Positions 63,545-64,000 of a stretch of DNA of 64,000 nucleotides are shown here, piece after piece. Position 1 is the first letter of the stretch; each line of letters starts with the position of its first letter. This stretch comes from an uncultured Caulobacterales bacterium (GTDB taxonomy: Bacteria; Pseudomonadota; Alphaproteobacteria; Caulobacterales; Maricaulaceae): NCBI GenBank assembly GCA_964607445.1, contig CAZSKN010000009.1, forward strand, positions 4,740 to 68,739. Reading direction: 5' to 3'. Both the position numbers and the translations under genes were made by a program. The notes under the pieces were generated by a model that searched no databases, was not told the DNA's origin, and was given only the letters and a program-made list of their open reading frames with translations.

Positions 63545-64000
63545 ATGAAGCCATTGATTGCGGGTAACTGGAAAATGCATGGAGATATGCAATGGTCGGC
63601 CAAGTTATCCGAATTTAAGACCTTATACCCGATATCTGAGCGCGCACATATTGATGTATTGGTTTGTCCACCCGCCCCATTTATAGCGCCTTTAGTGAAA
63701 GCGGCGGAAGAGGCGGGTTTATTTTTAGGTGGCCAGAATTGCCACGCTAAAGTCAGTGGCGCGCACACGGGCGAGATCAGCGCAGATATGCTGCGCGACG
63801 TCGGTGCGAATTTCGTTATCGTCGGGCATTCGGAACGTCGAACGGCGGGTGAAACAGATGCCGATGTGCAGGCTAAGGCCGAAGCCGCCCTGAATGCAAA
63901 ACTTACACCGATTATATGCGTGGGTGAAACTTTAGCCCAACGCCAAACAGGTCTCGCTTTAGATGTCGTTTCGGCTCAACTTAAAGCCAGCTTGCCAAAT
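63545..64000 (+). CDS. tpiA: Triosephosphate isomerase, N-terminal part; 3' end lies outside the window
   Basis: My own translation gives MKPLIAGNWKMHG...GGQNCH...GAHTGEISADMLRDVGANFVIVGHSERR. The frame is open to the window end. AGGAG lies 7 nt upstream of ATG 63545. It is absent from the ORF track because it has no stop. Confidence 0.93.
   Translation, partial: MKPLIAGNWKMHGDMQWSAKLSEFKTLYPISERAHIDVLVCPPAPFIAPLVKAAEEAGLFLGGQNCHAKVSGAHTGEISADMLRDVGANFVIVGHSERRTAGETDADVQAKAEAALNAKLTPIICVGETLAQRQTGLALDVVSAQLKASLPN

Noticed and set aside
1-64000. Looked for an accessory, defence, mobile or novel multi-gene system, CRISPR arrays, tRNA/rRNA genes and IS elements.
   Set aside because: Every ORF over 100 aa except one (4576-5502) is assignable to a housekeeping family in conserved alphaproteobacterial synteny. 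Intergenic spaces are at most about 300 bp. I saw no repeat arrays, integrase or transposase motifs, or tRNA-like sequences (no GGTTCGAATCC-type T-arm).

Overview
This 64 kb window reads as core chromosome of an alphaproteobacterium, probably Caulobacterales/Hyphomonadaceae-like. Supporting signs are GTTC-N7-GTTC LexA boxes, lpxI in place of lpxH, a long NuoE, and nuoN-birA-coaX-rnj and mce-DUF1467-proS-lolCD-dnaE synteny. It is almost fully coding and housekeeping. Gene content in order: astD(partial)-astB; uvrB; one orphan secreted protein; a molybdopterin operon moaD-moaE-moaB-moaC-moeA; the complete 14-gene complex I operon nuoA-N; birA-coaX-RNase J; mce-DUF1467-proS-lolC/E-lolD; an APC permease; dnaE; rpsB-tsf-pyrH-frr-uppS-cdsA-dxr-rseP-bamA-skp-lpxD-fabZ-lpxA-lpxI-lpxB; gltX-gltA; comEC; lexA; trpE-G-D-C; ppiD; tpiA(partial). 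I found no rRNA, tRNA, CRISPR array, IS or phage genes, and no multi-gene accessory or defence island. The points worth follow-up are small-scale. (1) A near-consensus promoter with a perfect alphaproteobacterial SOS box drives a 30-aa hydrophobic micro-ORF just upstream of dnaE, a candidate SidA/TisB-like SOS peptide. (2) Ribosomal protein S2 carries an in-frame C-terminal DUF2853-like domain. (3) A 29-aa single-TM micro-ORF sits tightly between nuoF and nuoG. (4) There is an orphan acidic Gly/Asp/Asn-rich secreted protein. (5) NuoE has a long Lys-rich and HhH-like C-terminal extension. All functional calls rest on my recognition of translated motifs and gene order; no database search was run.
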